Positions 17,899-25,715 of a DNA stretch of 64,000 nt are shown here, one piece after another. Under the pieces are notes generated by a model. That model ran no database searches and was not told the origin of the DNA. It worked only from the letters and a program-made list of their open reading frames with translations. The stretch is from an uncultured bacterium (GTDB taxonomy: Bacteria; Patescibacteriota; Minisyncoccia; Phycocordibacterales; GWA1-40-21), in NCBI GenBank assembly GCA_963798465.1, contig CAWCTC010000001.1, forward strand, positions 132,315-196,314. The letters are read 5' to 3'. Every line of letters starts with the position of its first letter. The first letter of the stretch is position 1. The translations under genes and the position numbers were made by a program.

Positions 17899-18342
17899 AT
17901 GAAAAAATGTTCAAAGTGTAAAAAAGAAAAATCAGATGATGAATTTAATTTTAAAAATAAAGGTTTAAAATTACGACAGTGTCAGTGTAAAGAATGTACT
18001 AGATTATTAATAAAAAATCATTATAATGAGAATAAACAGTATTATTTTAGTAAAGCTAAAAAAAGAAATTTAGAAATTAAAACAAACATTGTTAAATATT
18101 TACAAAATTACTTATCAAATAAGTCATGTATTGATTGTGGAGAGTCAGATATTGCAGTTCTTGAATTTGATCACACAAATCGATCAAAAAAATTTAAAGC
18201 TGTTTCAACTCTCATAAGATGTGGTTACCCAATGGAGGTAATACTGGAGGAAATAAGTAAATGTGATATTAGATGTGCGAACTGTCATAGGAGAAAGACG
18301 TCAAAAGATTTTAAATGGCTTAAAACAATAATGCCCCTGTAG
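17899..18342 (+). CDS. HNH (His-Me finger) endonuclease
   Basis: CxxC pairs, LEFDH, and CANCHRRKT motif. The last 10 nt overlap the 5' end of tRNA-Arg. Confidence 0.7.
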   Translation: MKKCSKCKKEKSDDEFNFKNKGLKLRQCQCKECTRLLIKNHYNENKQYYFSKAKKRNLEIKTNIVKYLQNYLSNKSCIDCGESDIAVLEFDHTNRSKKFKAVSTLIRCGYPMEVILEEISKCDIRCANCHRRKTSKDFKWLKTIMPL

Positions 18343-18404
18343 CTCAACGGATAGAGTACTGGTCTTCGAAACCAGTGGTGAAGGTTCAATTCCTTCCAGG
18401 GGTA
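18333..18404 (+). tRNA. tRNA-Arg (anticodon TCG)
   Basis: Acceptor GCCCCTG/CAGGGGT, anticodon stem CTGGT/ACCAG with loop CTTCGAA, T-arm GAAGG-TTCAATT-CCTTC. Confidence 0.9.
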
Positions 18405-18447
18405 CAAAAAGTTTATTATATTTAGTTATTTTGATATAATTCAAACA

Positions 18448-19953
18448 ATGAAAAAAACTATCCTAGAATATGGTCCAATTCCAAAAGAAGTTTTAGAAGT
18501 TTCAGAAACACTTAAAAAATCTGGTTATGAAGCTTACTTGGTAGGTGGTTGTGTTCGTGATATTTTGGTCGGTTTAAAACCAAAAGATTGGGATATTACG
18601 ACAAACGCCAAACCTGAAGATATAATAAGGATATTTCCGGATACTTTCTATGAAAATGTTTACGGAACGGTTGGTGTAGTGAATGAAACGGTTTCTGATG
18701 AAACGCTCAAGGTAATTGAAATAACGCCATATAGGCTTGAATCCGAATATTCTGACAATAGAAGGCCTGACAAGGTGACTTTCAGTGATAAGCTCGAAGA
18801 TGATTTGAAAAGAAGAGATTTTACAATAAATGCTATTGCTTTGGATATTGAAAATGAGGGAAGCAAGGAAGATTTTTATAAAGGACATATTGTCGATCTA
18901 TTTCACGGACAGGAAGATTTAAAAAATAAAATTTTGCGAACTGTCGGAGACGCGCATGAAAGATTTCAAGAAGATGGTCTTAGAATATTGCGCGCTGTGA
19001 GAATAGGGAACTATGTCGGATTTGAAATTGACAGTAAAACGGAAAAAGCATTAGCAGAAGAGTCTCACTTGCTTTCAAATATAGCAAAAGAAAGAATTCG
19101 CGATGAATTTGCAAAAATAATTATGTCGAAAGATCCAGAACAAGGATTAAAATCTTGTCAGAAATTTGGATTGTTAAAATTTATTATTCCAGAATTAGAA
19201 AAAACAATTAATGTTGAACAAGGCGGAGCGCACATTTACGATGTTTGGAATCATTCGCTCAAAGCATTACAATTTGCCGCCGACAAAAATTTTTCTTTGG
19301 AGCTTCGTCTTTCTGCACTTTTGCATGACATAGGAAAACCGAAATCAAAAAGGGAAGGAGAAAAAAAACCGACATTTTACGGCCATGAAGTTGTCAGTGC
19401 AAGAATGACGGAAAAAATTTTGCTGGATCTGAAATTTCCGACAAAAATAATTGAAAAAGTCACAAAACTCGTTAGAAATCATATGTTTTTTGCCGACACG
19501 GAACTTATTAGTTTGTCAGCTGTTCGAAGAATTGTTGCAAGAGTTGGGAAAGATAATGTTTGGGATCTTATGGATTTACGCGCTTGTGACAGAATAGGAA
19601 TGGGCAGACCAAAAGAAGATCCATATCGTTTGAGAAAATATCACGCGATGATTGACGAAGCGACGAGAGATCCGATTTCTGTAGGAATGCTTAATATTGA
19701 TGGAAAGAAAATTATGGAAGTTACGGGCGAAATTCCTGGACCAAAAATCGGTTTTGTTTTACATGCACTTCTTGAAGAGGTTTTAGATAATCCAAAATTA
19801 AATACTGAAGAATATTTAAATAAAAAAGCAATTGAACTTATTAAGCTCCCGGAAAAAAAGTTGCGAGAAATGGGTGAGGAAGGAAAAGAAAGAAAAGAAG
19901 AAAAAAATGAAGAAGAATTGAAAGAGATTAGAAAGAGTCATAAGGTCAGATAA
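18448..19953 (+). CDS. cca: CCA-adding tRNA nucleotidyltransferase with an HD domain
   Basis: GGCVRD nucleotidyltransferase head and LLHDIGKP HD motif. TGATATAAT sits 7 nt upstream of the ATG. Confidence 0.85.
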   Translation: MKKTILEYGPIPKEVLEVSETLKKSGYEAYLVGGCVRDILVGLKPKDWDITTNAKPEDIIRIFPDTFYENVYGTVGVVNETVSDETLKVIEITPYRLESEYSDNRRPDKVTFSDKLEDDLKRRDFTINAIALDIENEGSKEDFYKGHIVDLFHGQEDLKNKILRTVGDAHERFQEDGLRILRAVRIGNYVGFEIDSKTEKALAEESHLLSNIAKERIRDEFAKIIMSKDPEQGLKSCQKFGLLKFIIPELEKTINVEQGGAHIYDVWNHSLKALQFAADKNFSLELRLSALLHDIGKPKSKREGEKKPTFYGHEVVSARMTEKILLDLKFPTKIIEKVTKLVRNHMFFADTELISLSAVRRIVARVGKDNVWDLMDLRACDRIGMGRPKEDPYRLRKYHAMIDEATRDPISVGMLNIDGKKIMEVTGEIPGPKIGFVLHALLEEVLDNPKLNTEEYLNKKAIELIKLPEKKLREMGEEGKERKEEKNEEELKEIRKSHKVR

Positions 19954-19969
19954 AATTTGTTTTTATTTC

Positions 19970-21505
19970 ATGAACAAAGAACTTGTAACATATATTATTG
20001 CAAAGCTAAAGCAAGGAAATACTTTTGAATCGATAAAAGATGAGCTTATTAAATATGGCTGGTCTATCGATGATATAAATGCGGCTTACAAAAGTTGTAT
20101 TTCATCAAAAAAAACCGACGCTTTTTCTTTTTCAAAAATTTTTCATTCAAAAATTCCGAGAGTTATGAATATTTTTTTAATTTTTGTTTTTCTGGGATTA
20201 TTTGCCTGTTTTTTCTTATATTTTAAAAATCCGGTTTATAGCTATACGATAAATTTAGCCTCAGTAATTCCTGGCACAAAAACAGAAACTTTGAATTATG
20301 GGGAACAGCCAGCGTTATCAAATCCAGTTTTTTTTGATCAAGTAAAAAATCAATTTATTAGCGACAAAGTAAATTTTATTGAAGTTAATCTTTCTGACAT
20401 GTATGTAAAGGTCTACAAAAATGGCGACGATGTTTTGGATCTACCGGTAAAAACAATTGGCAGGGAAGGCTCGTGGTGGGAAACGCCTGCCGGACTTTAT
20501 AAAATAGAAACAAAAGAACCGACTCATTTTTCTTCTATGGGAAATGTTTATATGCCGTGGAGCATGGAATTTCAGGGAAATTTTTACATTCATGGTATTC
20601 CTTATTTTTCCGATGGAACGCCGGTCGCTACTTCATATTCCGGAGGATGTATCAGACTCGAAACTGATGATGCAAAAAAACTTTATGATGCGGTAGATAT
20701 TGGATACCCGATTCTTGTTTATAAAAATAGTTTTGAGCCCGATGATTTTCAATACACGGAAGCGGTTCCGACTTTGTCTGGGGCTTCTTCAATCGCAGTA
20801 GATATTGGAAATAATTATGTCTTTTCAGAAAATAATCCCGATGAAGTTTTGCCGATTGCCTCAATTACAAAATTGATGACTGCGCTCGTTACGACTGAAT
20901 ATATAAATCTTGATGATATTGCGACTGTTCCGCAGGAAGCTATAGTTTATACTTCCACTCCGCGTTTGAAAGTCGGAGAAAAAATAAGCGTCTATCAGCT
21001 TCTTTATCCTCTTCTTATGGAATCTTCAAATGAAGCAGCTGAAACTATCGCTAGATATTTTGGTCGCGATGATTTTATTGCTGACATGAATGCGAAAGCT
21101 GCTTCTCTTGGAATGACTCATACGCATTTTGCGGATCCGTCTGGAGCTTCTGCGGACAATGTTTCCACGGCTGAAGATTTGGTAACTTTGGCAAAATATA
21201 TTTATTACAATAGGCAATTTATATTGAATATCACATCCGGAAAAATAAATAATTCCGCCTATGAGCCGAATATGTTTACCGGTATGTCAGATTTCAATGA
21301 TTTTACAGATAATCCAAATTTTGTCGGAGGAAAAGTCGGAGAAACTACGGCAGCAAAAGAAACTGAACTTTCAATATTTGATTTGCCCATAGCAAACAGC
21401 ACCAGCACTCGGCCGATAGTCATAATTACTTTGGGCTCGGATAATAGAAAAAGTGATATACAATCCATGCTTGATTATATTTCAAACAATTTTTTTAAAA
21501 AATAA
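19970..21505 (+). CDS. fusion of an L,D-transpeptidase (YkuD) and a D-alanyl-D-alanine carboxypeptidase (peptidase S11)
   Basis: YkuD motifs IHG...SGGCIRL. S11 motifs SITK and SSN. N-terminal soluble domain followed by a TM segment. Confidence 0.8.
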   Translation: MNKELVTYIIAKLKQGNTFESIKDELIKYGWSIDDINAAYKSCISSKKTDAFSFSKIFHSKIPRVMNIFLIFVFLGLFACFFLYFKNPVYSYTINLASVIPGTKTETLNYGEQPALSNPVFFDQVKNQFISDKVNFIEVNLSDMYVKVYKNGDDVLDLPVKTIGREGSWWETPAGLYKIETKEPTHFSSMGNVYMPWSMEFQGNFYIHGIPYFSDGTPVATSYSGGCIRLETDDAKKLYDAVDIGYPILVYKNSFEPDDFQYTEAVPTLSGASSIAVDIGNNYVFSENNPDEVLPIASITKLMTALVTTEYINLDDIATVPQEAIVYTSTPRLKVGEKISVYQLLYPLLMESSNEAAETIARYFGRDDFIADMNAKAASLGMTHTHFADPSGASADNVSTAEDLVTLAKYIYYNRQFILNITSGKINNSAYEPNMFTGMSDFNDFTDNPNFVGGKVGETTAAKETELSIFDLPIANSTSTRPIVIITLGSDNRKSDIQSMLDYISNNFFKK

Positions 21506-21557
21506 TTTTTGTTTCTCGCCTATTTTTGTATTTTGTGCTAATATCTTTTTGTTATAT

Positions 21558-21628
21558 CGGAGTGTAGTGTAACGGTAGCATTCGTGCTTTGGGAGCATGC
21601 GATCCGGGTTCGAATCCCGGCACTCCGA
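21558..21628 (+). tRNA. tRNA-Pro (anticodon TGG)
   Basis: Acceptor CGGAGTG/CACTCCG, anticodon loop TTTGGGA, T-arm CCGGG-TTCGAAT-CCCGG. Confidence 0.9.
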
Positions 21629-21836
21629 CAAAAACTAAAATAACCTTCAATTGAAGGTTATTTTAGTTTTTGTCGGAGTGTTCAAAGTGCTGGGAGCACT
21701 TTGAAAGGGATTCGAAGCCCGATTGTGTATTTTTTACAAGTTTAATAACGAAGTAAAAAATCCAATCGGGATACTGGTCGTGTAACGACCGAAATTCCCG
21801 GCAAATCTGGATTGGAAGTTTCGAAACTCCCGGCGA
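21629..21836 (+). other. tRNA-like trailer module behind tRNA-Pro
   Basis: 60-nt perfect palindrome at 21621-21680 that incorporates the acceptor strand. It is followed by CGGAGTG, a hairpin with loop TGGGA, GGGATTCGAA, a long hairpin CCCGATTG...CAATCGGG, ATAC, the hairpin GGTCG-TGTAA-CGACC, and GAAATTCCCGGCA. Confidence 0.45.
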
Positions 21837-21855
21837 TTATGTTATTATATAAATT

Positions 21856-22533
21856 ATGAAACTCCTTCTTTACGGACATAATACAGATGAAATAAAACAC
21901 TTGGCCGAGAAAGCTGGTTTTGAAATTGTAAATGAAAATCCAGATGTCGTAGCAAGTTATGGTGGTGATGGAACTTTTATGCAAGCTGAGAGCAAATTTC
22001 CAGGGATTCCAAAATTTGCATTAAAAAAAAGTAAAATTTGCAAAAAGTGTCACGACCTTCCTATTGAAGAAATGTTTAGAAAAGTTTTTTCAGGAGAATA
22101 TAGGATTGAAGAGGACATAAAAATAGAGTCTGTGTGCAAAGGCAAAAAAATAGTGGGTCTCAACGAAATAATCATCCACAATTCTGATCCGAGAAGGGCA
22201 ATACGCTACGAAGTTTTTGTAAATGATAAGAAAATTGACAGCGAGATAATAGGGGATGGAGTAATCATTTCTACACCTTATGGCTCAACTGGATATTACA
22301 GGTCAATTACAGATGGTATATTTGAAGTTGGAATAGGTTTAGCTTTTAATAATAGTACTGAGCAGTCCGATCATATGGTTTTAAAAGAGGATTCAGAGAT
22401 TAAAATAAAGATAGTGCGCGGACCTGCGGTAGCTTATGCTGATAATGATGAAGTAGAGATACCTTTGAATGATGGAGATGAAATTGAAATTAAAAAATCG
22501 AAAGAAATTGCAAAAATAATCAGATTATTATAA
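21856..22533 (+). CDS. nadK: NAD kinase
   Basis: GGDGT motif and NAD kinase C-terminal beta-sandwich pattern. TGTTATTAT lies 7 nt upstream of the ATG. Confidence 0.85.
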   Translation: MKLLLYGHNTDEIKHLAEKAGFEIVNENPDVVASYGGDGTFMQAESKFPGIPKFALKKSKICKKCHDLPIEEMFRKVFSGEYRIEEDIKIESVCKGKKIVGLNEIIIHNSDPRRAIRYEVFVNDKKIDSEIIGDGVIISTPYGSTGYYRSITDGIFEVGIGLAFNNSTEQSDHMVLKEDSEIKIKIVRGPAVAYADNDEVEIPLNDGDEIEIKKSKEIAKIIRLL

Positions 22534-22847
22534 TGACAAATCAACCAAAAAAATTTACAAGAAGAATTGAAGATTTTGATTGTGAGAAATGCGGAGCGAA
22601 AAATATCGGCACAGGTTTTACCAATCATTGTTGTAAATGTTTGTGGAGCAAACACGTGGATATTAATCCTGGAGATAGAGCTGCAAATTGTGGGGGAATG
22701 ATGGAACCAGTAAAAATAGATTTTGAAAAAAATAAATATATCATAAATCATAAATGTGTGAAATGTGGTTTTAAAAAGAGACAGAGTTTGGAGAAAAATG
22801 ATAATTTTGATGCAGCGGTGGCTATAACAAAAAAATTGGCTAAATAA
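22533..22847 (+). CDS. RNHCP domain protein (zinc ribbon)
   Basis: FDCEKCG...NHCCKCLWSKHVD...CVKCG pattern. The start overlaps the nadK stop. Confidence 0.7.
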   Translation: MTNQPKKFTRRIEDFDCEKCGAKNIGTGFTNHCCKCLWSKHVDINPGDRAANCGGMMEPVKIDFEKNKYIINHKCVKCGFKKRQSLEKNDNFDAAVAITKKLAK

Positions 22848-23035
22848 TTGCTTCAAATTAGTATTTCTGCTAATATTACAGCGTTCTTTTCAATGCGGGC
22901 CGAGTTGTGAAATTTGGCATTGTTTTTAAAAAGTAACATTTTGGGTCAGAGTTTAGTTTTAGTTCTCAATAATTGAATAGGATAATAGTAAAATATATGG
23001 CTAAAAAACTTTTTGATGCCAAATTCTACTACTCG

Positions 23036-23106
23036 GCGGGCATAGTTTAGTGGTAAAACAACAGTTTTCCAAACTGTGGTTGGGTGTTCGATTCACCCTG
23101 CCCGCA
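23036..23106 (+). tRNA. tRNA-Gly (anticodon TCC)
   Basis: Acceptor GCGGGCA/TGCCCGC, anticodon stem ACAGT/ACTGT with loop TTTCCAA, T-arm GGGTG-TTCGATT-CACCC. Confidence 0.9.
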
Positions 23107-23308
23107 CAAATGAAATAACCAACTTTTTTAAGTTGGTTATTTCATTTGTCGAGGCAAGCGAACAAACTGCTTTGTTCGTGTGGGTGAATCGAAAGACTTT
23201 TCCATATGAGCGAAGCGAAGCAGAAAAGTACCTGGCTACGTCGTAGCAGATTCACCCTGCCCGCACAAATGAAAAATCACTCAGTTTTCTGAGTGATTTT
23301 TCATTTTG
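23107..23308 (+). other. tRNA-like trailer module behind tRNA-Gly(TCC)
   Basis: Hairpin at 23107-23148. GGGTGAATC (23182-23190) pairs with GATTCACCC (23249-23257), enclosing GAAAGAC and two hairpins. The module ends with a direct repeat of the tRNA 3' end (23249-23265) followed by a second hairpin (23266-23308). Confidence 0.5.
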
Positions 23309-23348
23309 TAATGATTAACACATTTATTTTTTGTGCTATTATTTAATT

Positions 23349-24302
23349 ATGGAAAAACTAAAAACACAGGAAACTTTGGACTTGGAAATGATTGAGACTA
23401 CAGTTGAGGAAATAAAAAATCGTCCAGAAAATAGAAGAATTGATCCGAAGGATTTTTATGAAAGCGGATTATTTTCTAAAAAGTTGATTGATCATGATAT
23501 AGAAGATGTAGAAGTAAAACAAAAGGAAATACTTAATCAGAAAGCTGGCATGTCTGAATATCAGAAGAGCAGAAATAAAATTGCAGAGTTTGTTGAGGTT
23601 TCCATTCCAGAAGCAATCAGAAATCTTGGATGGCTTGGAGAAAATGTAAATGTGATAAGACCTTCCGATTGGGATGATTATTTTAGAGGAATTGATAATG
23701 TCGTGCAGATGTTCCCAGATGAAATAATAGAGGATGAAAATGATTTAAAATGTATTGGATTTTCTATTGATTTTACAATATCTGAAAAATCAGCCCTAGA
23801 TAAAGTTTTTGAAGCGTCGCTAGCCATTGCTCGTGGAAAAGTTCCGTCAATGCAATATTTTAGTGCTGATATTAAAACAAAAGATGGAGATAAAAACATA
23901 AAACTTAGAGATTTTAAAATTCCTAGAATAGTCATGTCTTGTCCAGATGATGTTCTGAATAAATCAAAAAATGATTTATTAAATTACGAAAAAAATCCAG
24001 ATGATGAAAATATAAAAGAAAAAGCCAAAGACTGTGTATTAAGATATCATTTTATAAAGGAAACATTATCTCAATTAGTTTTTTTTACTGAATTAGCAGA
24101 AAAATTAGGGAATACTGCAGCTAGAGATGTATATAATAGTTCATTGGAATCATTTAAAATGATTGTTGAAGAGCAAGGCATTGATGATGATTTGATTGAA
24201 GAGAAAACTGGTAAAATTTCTGGTCTAGTAGGAAATTTTGATTTGGAAGCAAATCATGGACAATGGATCGAAATATTAAAAGTAATGGCAAAAAATAAAT
24301 AA
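23349..24302 (+). CDS. hypothetical protein
   Basis: 317-aa intact ORF, acidic, with no recognisable motif. Start set at MEKLK. Confidence 0.5.
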   Translation: MEKLKTQETLDLEMIETTVEEIKNRPENRRIDPKDFYESGLFSKKLIDHDIEDVEVKQKEILNQKAGMSEYQKSRNKIAEFVEVSIPEAIRNLGWLGENVNVIRPSDWDDYFRGIDNVVQMFPDEIIEDENDLKCIGFSIDFTISEKSALDKVFEASLAIARGKVPSMQYFSADIKTKDGDKNIKLRDFKIPRIVMSCPDDVLNKSKNDLLNYEKNPDDENIKEKAKDCVLRYHFIKETLSQLVFFTELAEKLGNTAARDVYNSSLESFKMIVEEQGIDDDLIEEKTGKISGLVGNFDLEANHGQWIEILKVMAKNK

Positions 24303-24329
24303 AAAAAGAGGCTGCCTCTAAGCATCCTC

Positions 24330-24536
24330 TTATTTTTTTTGTGCTATTGCTCTTGCAGTAGCCTTAGTTAGATAAAGATAACTGTCCATTTCCTCTTTGT
24401 CTAACAGCCCCATGTTATGAAGTTTTATTATTGTATCTGTTTGGAGCTTTCTAGCTTCTTCGGGCACTACAAGTTTTTCGGTTAAGGCCTTTTCTAAAAA
24501 CTTTTTAGCATCTTCTTTTGTGGGTATTTTTTTCAT
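24330..24536 (-). CDS. hypothetical small protein
   Basis: 68-aa ORF with coding-like composition. Confidence 0.4.
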   Translation of the reverse strand: MKKIPTKEDAKKFLEKALTEKLVVPEEARKLQTDTIIKLHNMGLLDKEEMDSYLYLTKATARAIAQKK

Positions 24537-24670
24537 AAATGCCTCCTCTCTAAAAATACATTATCATAGATATATTGATTTGTAAATAGTAGAATATAGT
24601 TTAATTATATGACAAACATTAGTTTGATGGATACAGAAAAATATAATCGTTACATTCATTATTTTCCAAT

Positions 24671-24697
24671 AAAAAATCGCCTAGAGGGCGATTTTTT
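24671..24697. terminator. stem-loop terminator after hup
   Basis: AAAAAATCGCCC-TAGA-GGGCGATTTTTT. Confidence 0.75.
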
Positions 24698-24722
24698 ATT
24701 TCTTAAGAATCTTTATTCAAAA

Positions 24723-24995
24723 TTACTTAACTGCATCCTTCAAAGCCTTTGCTGCTCTGAATTTTGGAACCTTCATCGCTTTAACCTGAATAGTTTCACC
24801 TGTTCGTGGGTTTCTTGCTTGTCTAGCAGCTCTTTGCTTGACTGAGAATATACCGATGCCTGCTATTGATACTTCTTCTCCTTTTTTCAAAGATGCGACT
24901 ATTGAATCAAAAACCTTATCAACGACCTGCTCTGCTTGCACTTTTGTTCCGCCTAGAACTACTTGCACAGCTTCTACAATTCCTGCTTTATTCAT
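24723..24995 (-). CDS. hup: HU family DNA-binding protein
   Basis: MNKAGIVEAV...GIGIFSVKQRAARQARNPRTGETI beta-arm motif. Confidence 0.9.
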   Translation of the reverse strand: MNKAGIVEAVQVVLGGTKVQAEQVVDKVFDSIVASLKKGEEVSIAGIGIFSVKQRAARQARNPRTGETIQVKAMKVPKFRAAKALKDAVK

Positions 24996-25253
24996 AATAA
25001 TTTGCAAATTATTCCGCGCATCAGGTCTGGATTCGCGAAGCTTTTAAGTATTTCATATGCTTTCCCGACATATGAAATGTTTAATGACCTGCATAATATT
25101 ATAATACCTTGTTTTTAAAGCGCAATAGGAGAAAATATATTGACATTTTTTGAAATTATTTTATAGCTTTTATTAAAATATGGCGTAAATGCTAATAATG
25201 TTCGCTAAATTTGATTGGAATTAATTTGTTATTTGTTTTATTATATAAAATAT

Positions 25254-25667
25254 ATGAAAAAAATGGTACAAAAAGCCGGAGCAATTGTTTTAAGCGCTAA
25301 AAATAAAGGTAATATTGTCCTAATCTATAGAATCAGTTTGAATGACTGGTCCTTTCCCAAAGGCCATGTTGAAAAAGGTGAAACTTATGAGCAGACAATG
25401 ATCAGAGAGATTAAAGAAGAAACTGGATTGGATGTAAAAATAATTAAAAAATTGCCTGATAATTTATATTCAAATGAAGATGAAGGGAAAATTTCTACAA
25501 AGATGTTCCTTGTCGCATCGGAAGATGATTCAAAAATCAAACCGGAGCTTCCCGGCGATAGAACGGAATGGATTCCGTATGATGAAGTCGTGGAAAAGCT
25601 CAGCTATGATAATTTGAAAGATTATTTTAAAAAGGTTTTGCCGGAAATAAAAAAAGCAATTGCGTAA
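25254..25667 (+). CDS. NUDIX hydrolase
   Basis: Nudix box GHVEKGETYEQTMIREIKEETG. Confidence 0.85.
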   Translation: MKKMVQKAGAIVLSAKNKGNIVLIYRISLNDWSFPKGHVEKGETYEQTMIREIKEETGLDVKIIKKLPDNLYSNEDEGKISTKMFLVASEDDSKIKPELPGDRTEWIPYDEVVEKLSYDNLKDYFKKVLPEIKKAIA

Positions 25668-25670
25668 AAT

Positions 25671-25706
25671 TTTAAAAGGGCGGCCGCTTCGCGGCCGCCC
25701 TTTTAA
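25671..25706. terminator. bidirectional GC-rich stem-loop terminator
   Basis: Third copy of the core GGGCGGCCGCTTCGCGGCCGCCC, between convergent genes. Confidence 0.8.
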
Positions 25707-25715
25707 AATTTTTTC

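Noticed and set aside
22893-23043. Long-range inverted repeat upstream of tRNA-Gly(TCC) (GCCGAGTTGTGAAATTTGGCAT ... ATGCCAAATTCTACTACTCGGC) as a fifth type of element
   Set aside because: Only one instance was seen, the pairing is imperfect, and the loop is about 95 nt. The evidence is insufficient to separate it from a chance AT-rich inverted repeat or a promoter-region structure.
23181-23265. Hammerhead or other small self-cleaving ribozyme inside the tRNA trailer modules, suggested by GAAA next to helices
   Set aside because: The invariant CUGAUGA core is absent. The closest strings are AUAUGAG and AAUGAG, and the helix order does not fit a hammerhead. I could not match any other ribozyme class by eye.
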